From a virus (lineage: Duplodnaviria > Caudoviricetes), in IMG/VR virus record IMGVR_UViG_2599185359_000001, positions 46,779 through 110,778 of that record: a DNA stretch of 64,000 nt. One strand, written 5' to 3'. A model generated the notes under the pieces. That model worked only from the letters and a program-made list of their open reading frames with translations. It made no database searches and was not told where the DNA came from. This document shows positions 26,858-37,900 of the stretch, one piece after another (position 1 is the stretch's first letter; each line of letters opens with the position of its first letter). A program made the translations under genes and the position numbers.

Positions 26858-29800
26858 CTACCTCTTCACTTCTTCTGCCATGAGCTGGACATAGCTGACG
26901 TCGAAAAACGCCGCGGCCGAGGTCGAGTTTGTTTTCGTCACCTCAAACTCGAGCCACATCGTCGTTGTGCCCGGCAGCGGTGCGGTGAGTGCCCAGAACG
27001 TGTATGGGGTGCGCTTGTAGGGATCGACAGGGATGGTCCTGCTGATGGGGAACACCTCGCCATTGGACTGCCTGAGCATGAGCCTGGCGTTGCAGCCGCC
27101 GGTCCCCTGCGTATCCTGGGAAAGGATTGCCTCGAACTGGGCATCGACCCGCATGCGGCCGCCAGTGTACCCGAAGGTGATGGCTTCCGAGTTAGTTCTC
27201 GTCACCGTGAACTGGGGGCCGCTCGCCGTGGCGCGGAACCCGAGTTGCACTGTGCTCACAGCGTTCGAGATCGAGCTATTGGCCATCGCTCGCGTATTGA
27301 CGGACCCGGTGACGAACAAGTCCCCGCTGATCAACACGTCACCGACGATGTCGACGCCAGCGCGACCGTTCGCATCCGCGCGGATCATCAGCTGAGCGCG
27401 GTTATTCCCCGCAACCGCAACGACTTCCCAGAAGGCAGCGGTGCGACCGTTCAGGTTCGAAACCGCGCTCTCCGTAGTGGTGACGCGCGCGGTCAGGTTG
27501 CCGGTGCTGTCGAGCGCCTTCTTACCCTTTATTTCGCCGTCCGTAGCCGGTCGAACGACGCACCGGTGCCAGTAGGTGTCGCTCGAAGACCCATCAAACC
27601 CGAAGGCCTCCCAGCCGCCCATTGCATGAAGCGACAAATTGGTCTGCGCGGAATTGTAGACCAGAACACTCCAGGTTCGACGATTATACCCAGGACCTGA
27701 ATACGTAAAATCGTTGATGTCGGGTGTATTACCAAAGCCAATTTTATAATTCTCGCGGTACCAGAAGTCGATGTAAATTCCCGACCCCTGCCAATTGCCC
27801 TCGAACTGCTCAACCTCTGCCTCGATGACATACCAGCCCGCGGGGATATTTTCGAGATCCTGCTTCAGGCCGATGTTACTGTTACCGACGCGGTGCATGT
27901 AGACTGGCACCGTACCATTGCGCCCGGGGTTTGTGGTCGACGGAGTAACGGTCGACCCGTTACCTCCTCCCCACGGGTTCCAGCCTGTTGGAGCAGAGCC
28001 GGTGAAAGGTGCAGTGAACCGCGCGTTTTTGTTCATTGCGATATCAGACGACGCTTCAATGACGGCGGTTCGCGACGCCAAGGCGCCGGTGTCGCTGACG
28101 CGCGCCGTTTCTTCGGACTGGATCCTCGCCAGCAGCTGGCTGCCCTGCGAGCCGTCGAGCTGCGCCTCCGTTTTGGTGATCCGGTCGCCCAACGCGCTGT
28201 CCTGCGCGGCCCTGGTCGTCTCTTCGGTCACGATGCGAGCAATCGCCTGGCTGGAGACCTCCAACGCGCGCCCTGCCTTCACTTCCGCATCGCTCGCGAC
28301 ACGGATGGAGCAGCGGTGCCAGGTTAGGTCCTTATCGTCAGACCCGAACCCAGTATAGTTGGTCATCAGGTGGAAGTTGCCGTCAGCGTCGGCATCCTTG
28401 TGAACCAGCAGGCTCCAACGGCGGTTGCCGAGTTGAGTGGCGCTGGCGACATCCGCGTTGTCGGGTGCCGTGTCGAAGGTCAGGTTCCAACGGCCGGAGA
28501 TAGACACGCCGGCGCCCCGCCAGCTGCCGCTGTTCAGATCAACATCCGCTTCGATGACATACCAGCCCGCACCCTTGAGGGTCGCGAGGGACTGATACAC
28601 GCCGGAATTGATGTTGCCGGAGGACGTCTGTCGCAAAGCCCAGGTCTGCGATACGCGATCTTCGGTTACCCGGGAGATCGTATGCACGTCGCCCCAGAAC
28701 TGCCACCCTGTCGGAATTTCCTGGCCATCAGGCCAGATCTCGAAGAATGCGTTGGCGTTCAGCGCGCCAGTAGCCGCGCCATTAGACGACTCCACCACGC
28801 TTACCCGATTTGCCAAGGCATCGTCGGCCGTCGCGCGCGCGGTCTCTTCAATGATGATGCGTGCCTTCAGCGCGCTGTCCTGATCGCCCTTGAGCTGAGC
28901 TTCAGTGGTCGAAAGCCGATCGCTCAGCGCCACGTTGTCGCGCGCGCGGACAAGCGCCTCGTCGGTCACCGCAGCTTCGGCCCGGTCTGCGATGGTCTTG
29001 GCGCTGACGATGGAGGTCGTGAGCGTACCCTCGGCACCCTTGGCCCGTTCGACCTCCGCGGTCAGGTCGCTCCGCACCTTCTCCGCCTCGGCGCGCGCGG
29101 CGTCGACAGCCTGGTCGATCTCTGCCTTCACCTTCAGGAACTGATCGCGCGCGGCAACGACGTTACCCGTCGCGTCCTTGACGGCGTCGGCGATGTCTTC
29201 TGCCGGCACGCCGCCGACGCTCGTTCCCGGCGGGGCGCCGACCGTCGCATTGTTGGCGGGCTTGCCTGGTCCGTTCACACCGTCCCAGTCAGCGAGCTTG
29301 GAGGCTCGATCGATGATTGCGGCGTCGAGATCCGCCTGCGCCGCATTCATGGTGGCGAACGCGGCCTGAAATTCCGCGGGCTCCACGGGGGTGTCTTGCG
29401 TGAAGTCGTTCCACTTGGGCTCGAGCCCAGCGAGGTACGCGCGCAGCGCGACGTTCGCGCCGTTGGCCGCGTCGATGTAGGTGTCCACGCCGCCGAGCTG
29501 GAGCGCCTTTGCGCGCGAGGCGTTTAATGAAGCGGTCAGCTGGTTGTAGAGCAGCAGCACCTGCGGCTTCTCTGCGCGCGACAGTACCCGGTCGCTCGTG
29601 ACGCCCAGTAGGTCGAGAATGACCTGGCTGGCGTCTACGCCGTGGATGGTGCCTGTGATGTCGCCATTGAACGAGATCTTGTCGACCGGGCGGTAGCGCA
29701 GCGTTTGCGCAGCCATCCAGTCAGAGAAGATGAAGCCGCCCGGCGCGACATCGTCATCTACCTTGCGGTAGCCGCGGACCTTGAAGCTGTAGAACTTGTC

Positions 29801-29875
29801 GGCGGCCACCCCAGGCAGGATGATCGAGCGCTTGCTCGAGGGTACGAAAACAGAAGTCTCGGGGAGCGTCGTCAT
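26858..29875 (-). CDS. Tail fibre / receptor-binding protein
   Basis: KPANNATVGA motif, coiled-coil repeats (EETARA..D.AL..R), two homologous CBM-like modules; follows tail tip gene. Confidence 0.75.
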   Translation of the reverse strand: MTTLPETSVFVPSSKRSIILPGVAADKFYSFKVRGYRKVDDDVAPGGFIFSDWMAAQTLRYRPVDKISFNGDITGTIHGVDASQVILDLLGVTSDRVLSRAEKPQVLLLYNQLTASLNASRAKALQLGGVDTYIDAANGANVALRAYLAGLEPKWNDFTQDTPVEPAEFQAAFATMNAAQADLDAAIIDRASKLADWDGVNGPGKPANNATVGAPPGTSVGGVPAEDIADAVKDATGNVVAARDQFLKVKAEIDQAVDAARAEAEKVRSDLTAEVERAKGAEGTLTTSIVSAKTIADRAEAAVTDEALVRARDNVALSDRLSTTEAQLKGDQDSALKARIIIEETARATADDALANRVSVVESSNGAATGALNANAFFEIWPDGQEIPTGWQFWGDVHTISRVTEDRVSQTWALRQTSSGNINSGVYQSLATLKGAGWYVIEADVDLNSGSWRGAGVSISGRWNLTFDTAPDNADVASATQLGNRRWSLLVHKDADADGNFHLMTNYTGFGSDDKDLTWHRCSIRVASDAEVKAGRALEVSSQAIARIVTEETTRAAQDSALGDRITKTEAQLDGSQGSQLLARIQSEETARVSDTGALASRTAVIEASSDIAMNKNARFTAPFTGSAPTGWNPWGGGNGSTVTPSTTNPGRNGTVPVYMHRVGNSNIGLKQDLENIPAGWYVIEAEVEQFEGNWQGSGIYIDFWYRENYKIGFGNTPDINDFTYSGPGYNRRTWSVLVYNSAQTNLSLHAMGGWEAFGFDGSSSDTYWHRCVVRPATDGEIKGKKALDSTGNLTARVTTTESAVSNLNGRTAAFWEVVAVAGNNRAQLMIRADANGRAGVDIVGDVLISGDLFVTGSVNTRAMANSSISNAVSTVQLGFRATASGPQFTVTRTNSEAITFGYTGGRMRVDAQFEAILSQDTQGTGGCNARLMLRQSNGEVFPISRTIPVDPYKRTPYTFWALTAPLPGTTTMWLEFEVTKTNSTSAAAFFDVSYVQLMAEEVKR

Positions 29876-29881
29876 GCGGGG

Positions 29882-29910
29882 AGTATATACGTGTGTCGTC
29901 ACACACGCAA
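29882..29910 (-). promoter_or_regulatory. sigma70 promoter, leaderless, for tail fibre
   Basis: TTGCGT-N17-TATACT then 6 nt to ATG 29875; operator fills the spacer. Confidence 0.65.
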
Positions 29911-29935
29911 TAAAGGCGTGCGCGACAACACACTG
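29889..29935. promoter_or_regulatory. Operator motif copies 15 and 16 (inverted pair)
   Basis: ACGTGTGTCGTCACACACGC (+) and CAGTGTGTTGTCGCGCACGC (-). Confidence 0.7.
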
Positions 29936-32900
29936 TTAGGCGGTTTCTGCGCTCCAAGCCACCTCGAAGCCATCGATCGAAGCGTCCTTGCCCTTCCACT
30001 CCCACTCGAAGCTGATGTCGGCGGAGCCATCGCTGTTGATGACATGCTCGACATCGCCGGCGGACGTAATCGGCGCCATGATTGCGCTCCCGTCCCGGTT
30101 GTTGCCTTTGGTCGGATCGGTCGGCGCGTACGGACTCACGGCGATAGAGAACTTCTTCTCCACCCACTCGGAAAGGCTCGAATCACTGGTGGAACGGACC
30201 TGAGCCACATAATTCCCCGTGTCGAGGCCCGAGATCGTGAGCGACCGCTCGACGTGCTCGCCAAGACTGGTCCAGGTCTGCGCGGTCGCGCGCCGATAAC
30301 GCGCCTCGTAGGCTTGGACCCCGGTCATATCGGCTGGCTCATCCCACGCCATCTCAGCGACGCCAACGACAGCAAAGTTCGTCGGCGTCACCGCGACGTT
30401 TCGAGGACCGTCCAGCGCGGCATAGAGAACTGCCACCGTCCCCTTCACAGAGGGCGCGGACGCGAATGGAGCGCGATCGCCGCGGGTGTTATAGGCCACC
30501 ACCTTGAACTCGGGCACATCGCCCTCATTCACCGCGACCATCAACTCGTTCGAGTTCACCGCAGAACCGGCCGAGCGGAAGGCTGAGCCGTTAATGCTGA
30601 CGTAGACGTCGGCGCCCGCATAATTGCGAATGTTGATCGGGTTCCAGTGCACGCGCGCCGTGATGGTTTTGCGATTGGCTGCGACCAGGCGCTCGTAGTC
30701 GAACAGGAGCATTGAGACATGCGGGACCTGACGGTCGGTGACCACCGTCACCGGGATCGGGATCTCGACTTCAGCCGGCCCATAGACGCCTTCGTGATAT
30801 TCGACGAAGGTCAGTCGGCGCTTCTCGATGCCCGACCCGCTGATCCCGGTGAGGGTGTATGGCTTCCGAACCTGCTCGATCTTGCCAAAGATGAAGTTCG
30901 CCCCCTCGGCGGGCGCTTGTGGGAGATCGGCGACGAGCTCGACCACATTGGTCTCAGCCGGGCCGCTCGTGGTGACGTCATACTGCAGGACGACGTCCGT
31001 CGCCCACAGGTTCACCTGCGTGCCTGGGAACATCAGCGGCGGCTTCACGGCCAACGTGATCGTGTGATAGGGATTTCCGTCCCGAAGCTGCACGATCTCG
31101 TAGTCCTGGCCGTCCATGATGAGACGCTTGGCCTTGGTCGCCTCGACACTATCGCCGGTCACCAGAAGCTTCTGCCCTACGATGCTGTAGATCGCGTTCT
31201 GGCCGGTGTGGATGGCGTCGAAGTGGACGATGGTCGAGTAGCGGGCACCTGCCTCGATCTGCACGTTCTGGTCGAGCACGAGCTTCCGCGTTGTGCTGCC
31301 CGCGAACAGACGGCCGCTGTTCGCCCAGGCCATCATGTCGTGCTGGATCAGCGCGACGTCGCCCAGCAGCACGTTGATGGAGTCCATGGCCGTGTCGAAC
31401 GTCAGCGTGCGGATCAGCAGCCGGTTCTGGTAGATGGCGCGCCACAGCTCCTTCGTGGCCTGGGTCACGTTGTCGATGCCGGGGAACGACACCTGCGCCA
31501 CGCGCGAGATCTCGTTGAAGGTCACCGCCTTGGGGTCGACGTACCGGATCGTCTTCTGCTTGTTGCGGTCGTTGCGGTCGTAATAGGTGATCTCGTATTC
31601 GTTCGACCGGTCGGCCATGGACATGTAGCTCAGCTCGAGCGAACCCTTGAGGATGTTCGCCTGAGTAAAGCTGGCGACCGGCTCGCGTGGCTTATCGACT
31701 GCGACGCTGATCTTGGTGCCGAATGGGATGGGTGCTGCGTGGCCGATCCGCCAGACCGCGCGCAGCGCATCGCTGAGATTTGAGTTGGTGTCGAACACGC
31801 CGTTGAAGGTGATATTGTTCGCCGCGCAGTATTCAGCGAACTCAATGATCCGCGGCCAGTCGATGCGCCTGGTCGGAACGCCGGCGCCTCGCTCGATGCC
31901 GGCCAGGATGTCGACACCGCACCACGCGGGGTTGTTCGTCCACGCCTTCTCGGTCGGATTGCCCTCGATGTCATAGAGCTGAACGCGACTGCCCTTCACG
32001 CGCGCGGTGACGGTCGGGATGGCGCTCAGCTGCTCGTTGAGCTTGATCTTCAAGGCCAGGTATGCGGTGCCGCGCATCGCCACTGGATCCACCGTGATCT
32101 CCGCGACGTCGGTCAGATAAACCTCGTCCAGCTTGTACTGATCGGTGGAGGTGGCGTTCGTTCGCCGGATGCGGGTCTGATAGAAGCCATGCGCCAGCTG
32201 CGCGGACTCGAAGGAGCGGCGGATCTGGCGAGTGCGGCTGTCGGTGACCGTTTGTGAGAACGTGGCTACGCTGGGGTATGCCACAAGCCGCGTGATCTGT
32301 GCGCCCGGCGCCGCTCGCACCTCGTAGTCGCCACGCGGCAGCGCGACGTCATACTGGCCGGAGACGTAGGGCGTGATGTCGGTGTCGCCGGCAATGCTGC
32401 CGTCCCCACTGGCGTCGAAGATGTACCCGGGCGAAGCGACGGCGTTCAAGGGCACGGTGACCCACTCGTCGGTCCCGGCCTTGCGATACTGGACGGCGCC
32501 GGTGCTCTGCGAAACCTCCGAGGTCTTGGTTTGCGAGTGGGCGATGAAGCGCAGGATGTCCTTCAGCTGCACGCCATCGCGGTCGATGTCGATATAGTCG
32601 TAGGAGCCGTTCTGCCACTCGACCGGCTGGTAGTTGCCCAGCGGCTCGCGAGTAACCGGATCGACCTGCCGCGCCTCCATCTGGAAGGTGACAGAGCGAT
32701 TGCTATAATCGCCCTTCTTGCTGTCGATGTTCACCAGGCCCTGCGAGAAGGCCACATCCCATCGGATCTTGTCGACCGCGGAGGTGGTATAGTGCTCGAC
32801 CCAACCCGTATCGATCTTCTGGGACTTGTTGCTCTGGACCGTCGAGCCGTCAAACCAGGGGTGCGCCGCCTCATTCAGCGTGCCCTTGCTCACATAGTAT

Positions 32901-33559
32901 TCGACGTCCGTGAACGAGCTGATCGGCTGCTCATTGAGCTCGATGCCTTCCACGCTCTCCACTTCCCCGTCGTTGAGCACGACGCGCATGTAGAGGTACT
33001 GATCGTCCCCCACATTCTTAGTGAAGCAGTCGGCCAGGTTGCCCGCCGTGCGGAACTCGCCGTAGATGACAGGGTAGGGGATGTTCTCCGTTGCGGAGTT
33101 CTTCGCGCCGTCGATGCCGTAGGATCGGCTGTCGTCGTTATCCGCCTTTTTCGGAGCCTTGGGCGCCAGTAGGAACGCGCTGGCCAGGCCGAGGCCGATC
33201 GCGATGCCGATCGATGCGATCTGGCCGATACCGGGGATGAACTGGACGGCGATCATCGCGACCTGCATCAGCACGCGCAGCACCGACTTGAACCCGTCGC
33301 CGCCCTGGGGGACGAGCACGAGACCCAACTGGTCGCCGCGTGAGAGCTTGTGGCCGAGTTTGTCGGCCGGCTGGATCTCCTCCCCATTGAGGAAGACCAT
33401 CCACTCGCACTCTTCGGGCAGGCCTTCGAGATAGTCGGAAAGCGTCGCAGACTTGCGCCAGGCAAGCTCGTGCTTCTCGACGGTCTCGGGCTCGAAGGCG
33501 TTGTAGAGCACGCTGAGGTGCACGACGTTCTTCTGGCGCGGCGGCTTAACCATAGACAT
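29936..33559 (-). CDS. Tail tip / host-specificity protein (lambda I+J-like fusion)
   Basis: N-terminal ubiquitin-like domain (LVPQGG), PYPVIYGE, WTNNPAW, FNGVFD, FN3 domains. Confidence 0.85.
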   Translation of the reverse strand: MSMVKPPRQKNVVHLSVLYNAFEPETVEKHELAWRKSATLSDYLEGLPEECEWMVFLNGEEIQPADKLGHKLSRGDQLGLVLVPQGGDGFKSVLRVLMQVAMIAVQFIPGIGQIASIGIAIGLGLASAFLLAPKAPKKADNDDSRSYGIDGAKNSATENIPYPVIYGEFRTAGNLADCFTKNVGDDQYLYMRVVLNDGEVESVEGIELNEQPISSFTDVEYYVSKGTLNEAAHPWFDGSTVQSNKSQKIDTGWVEHYTTSAVDKIRWDVAFSQGLVNIDSKKGDYSNRSVTFQMEARQVDPVTREPLGNYQPVEWQNGSYDYIDIDRDGVQLKDILRFIAHSQTKTSEVSQSTGAVQYRKAGTDEWVTVPLNAVASPGYIFDASGDGSIAGDTDITPYVSGQYDVALPRGDYEVRAAPGAQITRLVAYPSVATFSQTVTDSRTRQIRRSFESAQLAHGFYQTRIRRTNATSTDQYKLDEVYLTDVAEITVDPVAMRGTAYLALKIKLNEQLSAIPTVTARVKGSRVQLYDIEGNPTEKAWTNNPAWCGVDILAGIERGAGVPTRRIDWPRIIEFAEYCAANNITFNGVFDTNSNLSDALRAVWRIGHAAPIPFGTKISVAVDKPREPVASFTQANILKGSLELSYMSMADRSNEYEITYYDRNDRNKQKTIRYVDPKAVTFNEISRVAQVSFPGIDNVTQATKELWRAIYQNRLLIRTLTFDTAMDSINVLLGDVALIQHDMMAWANSGRLFAGSTTRKLVLDQNVQIEAGARYSTIVHFDAIHTGQNAIYSIVGQKLLVTGDSVEATKAKRLIMDGQDYEIVQLRDGNPYHTITLAVKPPLMFPGTQVNLWATDVVLQYDVTTSGPAETNVVELVADLPQAPAEGANFIFGKIEQVRKPYTLTGISGSGIEKRRLTFVEYHEGVYGPAEVEIPIPVTVVTDRQVPHVSMLLFDYERLVAANRKTITARVHWNPINIRNYAGADVYVSINGSAFRSAGSAVNSNELMVAVNEGDVPEFKVVAYNTRGDRAPFASAPSVKGTVAVLYAALDGPRNVAVTPTNFAVVGVAEMAWDEPADMTGVQAYEARYRRATAQTWTSLGEHVERSLTISGLDTGNYVAQVRSTSDSSLSEWVEKKFSIAVSPYAPTDPTKGNNRDGSAIMAPITSAGDVEHVINSDGSADISFEWEWKGKDASIDGFEVAWSAETA

Positions 33560-33929
33560 AGGCTCCCAGCGGCTTGATGAGGGGGTCGCTGAGCCGGTCG
33601 GTAGTCACGCCAGTCGCGCCGGTGGTGTGGAGGTAGCGATCGCGCGCGATCGTGTAGCCGACATGGGCACCGAGCCCCTCGACGCGTAGCGTGACGAGCG
33701 AGTTGACGGTACCGAGCGGCACGCGCCTCCAGCGTCCCTTTTCGCGATCGATCAGGCTCTCGACCTCCTCGAGACTGCCGGGCGACACGAAGTCGGGGAG
33801 CTCGACGCCGTTACGACGGAACATCTCCTTGGCCAGGCCGTAGCAATCGAAAGTGCCCGGCCCGCGTGCGCCGCGCTCGAAGGGGAGCCCGAGGAGGTCG
33901 AAATAGTGGGGAACGACTTCAGCGATCAT
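33546..33929 (-). CDS. NlpC/P60 tail peptidase (lambda K-like)
   Basis: LGLPF..G.RGP..FDCYGL, GAHVG, YLH. Confidence 0.85.
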   Translation of the reverse strand: MIAEVVPHYFDLLGLPFERGARGPGTFDCYGLAKEMFRRNGVELPDFVSPGSLEEVESLIDREKGRWRRVPLGTVNSLVTLRVEGLGAHVGYTIARDRYLHTTGATGVTTDRLSDPLIKPLGAYVYG

Positions 33930-33947
33930 TCCCAGATTGTAGCATAT

Positions 33948-33967
33948 GTGTGTTCCAGTCACCACAT
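33948..33967 (+). promoter_or_regulatory. Operator motif copy 17 (NlpC leaderless promoter)
   Basis: GTGTGTTCCAGTCACCACAT; upstream of TG-c-TACAAT-6nt-ATG on minus strand. Confidence 0.6.
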
Positions 33968-34608
33968 TACAAGTTCATGCGAACCAGGCCTGTGAGCGCC
34001 CGAAAGTTGAGCAGGTTGCCCTTGACCGCGCACCCCCTAGGCCCGTCGCGGGTATAGTCGCAAACTGTCTCGGCGCCGGTGTATCCGCAGCCGTAGCCCC
34101 GGAAGCGCCATGCGCAGCTCGTCTTCGACTGCCGATGCTTGGGAAAGGCGATGTTGAGAAGGTTCTCGGCGCCGAGGGTGAAGCTGACCGCGTAATCCTT
34201 CACGCTGGAGGTGACGATCTGGAACCTCTCCTCGAACTCGACAGGGCGATCCAGCCGCGCTGTGTTGAGCACGATCATGACCGCCTCGGAGAAGATGCCG
34301 CCGGCCATCTCTTCCATGCGACGCTGAATGAAGCCGGTCTGATCCTGCGCCTCGATGGAGACCGAGGGAGCCTCATTCTGTTTCTGGTCGACATTGAGGC
34401 TGAAATTGCCCGCCAGGAACACGCGCGGCTTTCCGTCGCCATCCACCCCGAACACGATGTTCTCAGGGTTGCGGGCGATGCGGATGGTGTCGACCGTCTG
34501 CCGCGTGTTCGGATTGACGATGTTGACCTCGAGGAGAATGACCCAGGCCGTGTCAGACGAAACCTTGTTCTTGTCGATCACGCTCGCGACGGAAAGCTGG
34601 CGGCCCAA
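33967..34608 (-). CDS. Minor tail protein (lambda L-like)
   Basis: C-terminal CAWRFRGYGCGY..C......C Cys motif. Confidence 0.75.
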   Translation of the reverse strand: MGRQLSVASVIDKNKVSSDTAWVILLEVNIVNPNTRQTVDTIRIARNPENIVFGVDGDGKPRVFLAGNFSLNVDQKQNEAPSVSIEAQDQTGFIQRRMEEMAGGIFSEAVMIVLNTARLDRPVEFEERFQIVTSSVKDYAVSFTLGAENLLNIAFPKHRQSKTSCAWRFRGYGCGYTGAETVCDYTRDGPRGCAVKGNLLNFRALTGLVRMNL

Positions 34609-34610
34609 AA

Positions 34611-34970
34611 CTATACCTCAGTCATCTTGATGGTGATGTCCCACATGCGATTGCGGCCGACACCCACATACTTCGTCTTCACCTCGTCGAACCGAACCTG
34701 GTGAAAGGTTCCATGCAGATAGTCGAAGTAGGTGAACGGAAGGCTTCGTGTGTGTGCGGCTTCGAACGCCATTATGGTCTGATAATCGGCGTGAGGCAAT
34801 GCGATAAATCCGGTCGTGAACGTGATCCGCCGCGCGCGGGTGAACCGCGGACGACGGAACTCGTAACCGCCTTCGGTGTCGCTCTTGACGGTGTTATCCT
34901 CCAGGACACGATCGAAGAGCGACGGGCTCTCGCCGCGCGAAAGGACCGGTTGGGTAGGGAACTGCGCCAT
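34611..34970 (-). CDS. Distal tail protein (lambda M-like)
   Basis: Follows tape measure; EGGYEFRRPRFTR, VRF, C-terminal TEV. Confidence 0.7.
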   Translation of the reverse strand: MAQFPTQPVLSRGESPSLFDRVLEDNTVKSDTEGGYEFRRPRFTRARRITFTTGFIALPHADYQTIMAFEAAHTRSLPFTYFDYLHGTFHQVRFDEVKTKYVGVGRNRMWDITIKMTEV

Positions 34971-37900
34971 TACTGCCTCACTGCCGCGACCGCGTTGCGC
35001 AGCCGCCCATCTTTGCCCATGGCCTCCAGGACCACATCGACGATCATGTCCCGGCCGTTGAACCGGGTGTCACCCTGTTCAGCGTCGACTTCATGGCCGC
35101 TGTTGTTGATGACGTTGACCTCGACCTTCGCCGGGTGGCCGCCGCCGTAGCCCGTCTTGCCGAGGAGCCGCTGCTGCTCGCGGGTCAGCACCACCTCGTC
35201 GTCCAGGCCGATCATCGGAACCTCACCCGACTTCAGCTGACGGCCGCCGATCCAGCCGCCGCCGTGATACTTCTTGGCGTTGGCGAACACGTCAGCAGGG
35301 ACGTGTGCGCTTGCCGACGCGGCGCCGATGACGCCGCCAGTGTGTGCGGTGCCCACCAGAACGCTGCCGATGCCACCCAGAACGCCCTTCAGGGGGCCGC
35401 CGAGCGGGATGCCGTTGCCGATGCCCGGACCCATATCGAACGTGGGCTGGTCGCCAGGCATGATGTTGCTCCCGCCCGAACCGTAGCCGATCTGTGCGCC
35501 CGAGTTGACCTTGCCGGTCGTAGAGAAGCCGCCGCCGAGCTGCCCCTTCAGGAACGTGCCCATCGACACCTTCTCGCCGGCAGCATTGTTCGCCATGCCG
35601 ATTGCCGACAGGATCGAGTATGCGATCATCGCCTGGAGGATCACCTGCAGGATCTTCTTCAGGATGTCGCCAACCAGGTCGCCGAAGTTGGTGTTCGCCT
35701 CCGTCATGCCCTGGACGATTGAACCGAGCGCCTGGGCCATGGACTGCTGGATGCCCTGGCCGAGGCTCGCCCACTGGCGCGCCTGCTGGATGAGCGCACC
35801 TTCGGCCGCGCGCTCGTTGCGCGCTTCAGCTGCGGCCTTCCACGACAGAAAAGCCTGCTCGGCGCGCTGCTTCTCCGCCGCGCTCATTTGGGCGTTGTTG
35901 CGCACCGCCTCAAGCAGGACCTGCTGACGCGTCATCTCACGGCTGAAGTTCGCCTCGCGCTGCTGGTCCTCGTTCATGAGGCTGATGCGAATCTCTTCGG
36001 CGGTATCCTCCCAGCCCTTGACGGTGTGCGCGGCATCAGCGCGCTCGATTGCCGCCACGATCTCGTCGATCTTCTGCTTGGCGTTCTCGAGTTCTTGGCC
36101 CGAGAGCCCGATCAGCTTGTCAGCGAAACGCGAGCGGATCTGCGCCAGCCGTTGGTCGGCCTCCATCGTCCCGCGGTTGAACGAGGTCCAGAACTCGTTG
36201 CCCTCGGTGGTAGCCTGCGCGAGATCGCCAGCGAGGCCGTCCATGACCTTCTTCACGTCCTGTTGCTTGGCCGTATCGTCGATCGCCGAGGCCATGTCGC
36301 GCAGCTGCTGGATCTGCTGCGGGGTGAGGCCGAGATGGTCTGGGCTCGCTGCCAGCTGCGCATTGAACTTTGCAAGCTCGCCCTTGCCGTCCGTGAGACG
36401 GTCGTTGAGCTGCGCCAGGCGGCCGGCCATGGAAACGATGCGGCTTTCGAAGGCGTCCTCCTGGGCATTCGCCTTGCGCGCATGAGCGAGCGCGTCCGTC
36501 GCCGTGGCAGCGCGGCGGATGCGGCTGATCTGCTCTTCGGTGGCACCGGCGTACTTGCCGCCGGCCAGCTCTGCGTTGAACTTGGCCAGGGCCGGACCGC
36601 TGCCGTTCATGCGCGCGGCCGCGGCCGCAGCTGCACCGTCAGCGGAAACAGCGGCGCGCTCCCACTTCGAAAGACCCTTGGCGCCGTTGCCGGCCAACTG
36701 ACCCAAGGCCTGGGCGCCCTGAGCGACCTTCGCCTGGCCCTCTTGGACCAGCTCACGAGCCTTGTTGACGGTCGCGATCAGCGGGTCCAGCTCCCACTGC
36801 GCCTTACCCGACGAGCGCGCTCGCGCCAGGTCGGTTCGGGCCTTGGCCAGCGTCTGCTGGTCCATCGCGAGCTTCGCTCGGTCAAACGCGGCGGTTCGCG
36901 CCTGCATCTTGGCGAGGGCGCCCTTGTCGCCCTTTTCCAGATCGGCCTGCAGCTTGTCCATGTCTTGGCCGTACTGCTCGCCCATGCGATTCAGGACGTT
37001 GGTGCGGTTCGAGATCAGGCCGTCCCACCGCTTGTTGGACTCGTCCATCGCCAGCTGCGGCTGCGACTGCTTGATCTGACCCGCAAGCTTCGCGTCTTCA
37101 GCCTGAAGCTCAGCGCGGCGCTTGGCGCGCGCGTCGTTCCCGCGCACGTTGAGGCCCGTATCCCACCAGTGCTCGCCCTTCTCGACGGAGATCCCGAGGA
37201 GGGGGTTCTGGGCCTCGTTCTCCTTCATCTCGCGCGCGATGCGCTCACGCCGGGCAACCAGGGTCTGCATGTCGGATAGATTGCCCAAACCCTGGCGCAG
37301 TCGCTCAGCGGCGGCAGCGGCACGATCTGCCTGCGTCTCAAAGACGCCGGCCGCCTGGGCGGCCTGATAGAGGGCGACGCCAATCATCACCGCCGGGTGG
37401 AGGGCGAGAGTCATGGCGCCCTGCAGCGCGCGGGTAGCACCGCTGGCGAGCGTGGCTGCCGTGGCCATGGCACGCTTGCCGAGGGTGTTTGCGGTCTCGG
37501 CAAGCGTCAGGCGCTCGGTTGCAGCCGTCTCGGCAGCCATGGCTGCGGCCAGCTGAAGCTCCAGCTGGATCTGCTTTTCCTTCTGCACGAGAATGGCGAA
37601 GCCGCTGCGCTGGGCAGTCTGCGATGCAGCATTGGTGCCCGCGGTAGCGAAGCCCTCGCGCTCGATAGCCGCGGCCAGCTCGGCTTCGACCGCGACCAGG
37701 CGCTGCTTGAGCGAGATCTCCTGCGCCGTCTGGGCGCGACGCTGGGACGCTTGGGTCGCCACCTCAGCCTCAACCTGCATCAGCGCCTGCTCAGCGAGCG
37801 TGCGCGCCCTCACCGCCTGGGTAAGCTCCGCCTCGACGACTGCCTGCTGGCGAACGAGCGTGCCCAGTTGGCGCGAGCGGTCAGCTCGAGTGAGGGAGCT

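Noticed and set aside
26858-29875. Diversity-generating retroelement or invertible fibre cassette
   Set aside because: No reverse transcriptase, invertase, or near-identical TR/VR repeat seen in the window
34748-34767. GTGTGTGT inside the distal tail gene (also partial GTGTG runs near 6116, 35340, 41980)
   Set aside because: Within coding sequence and lacking the CAC right half-site
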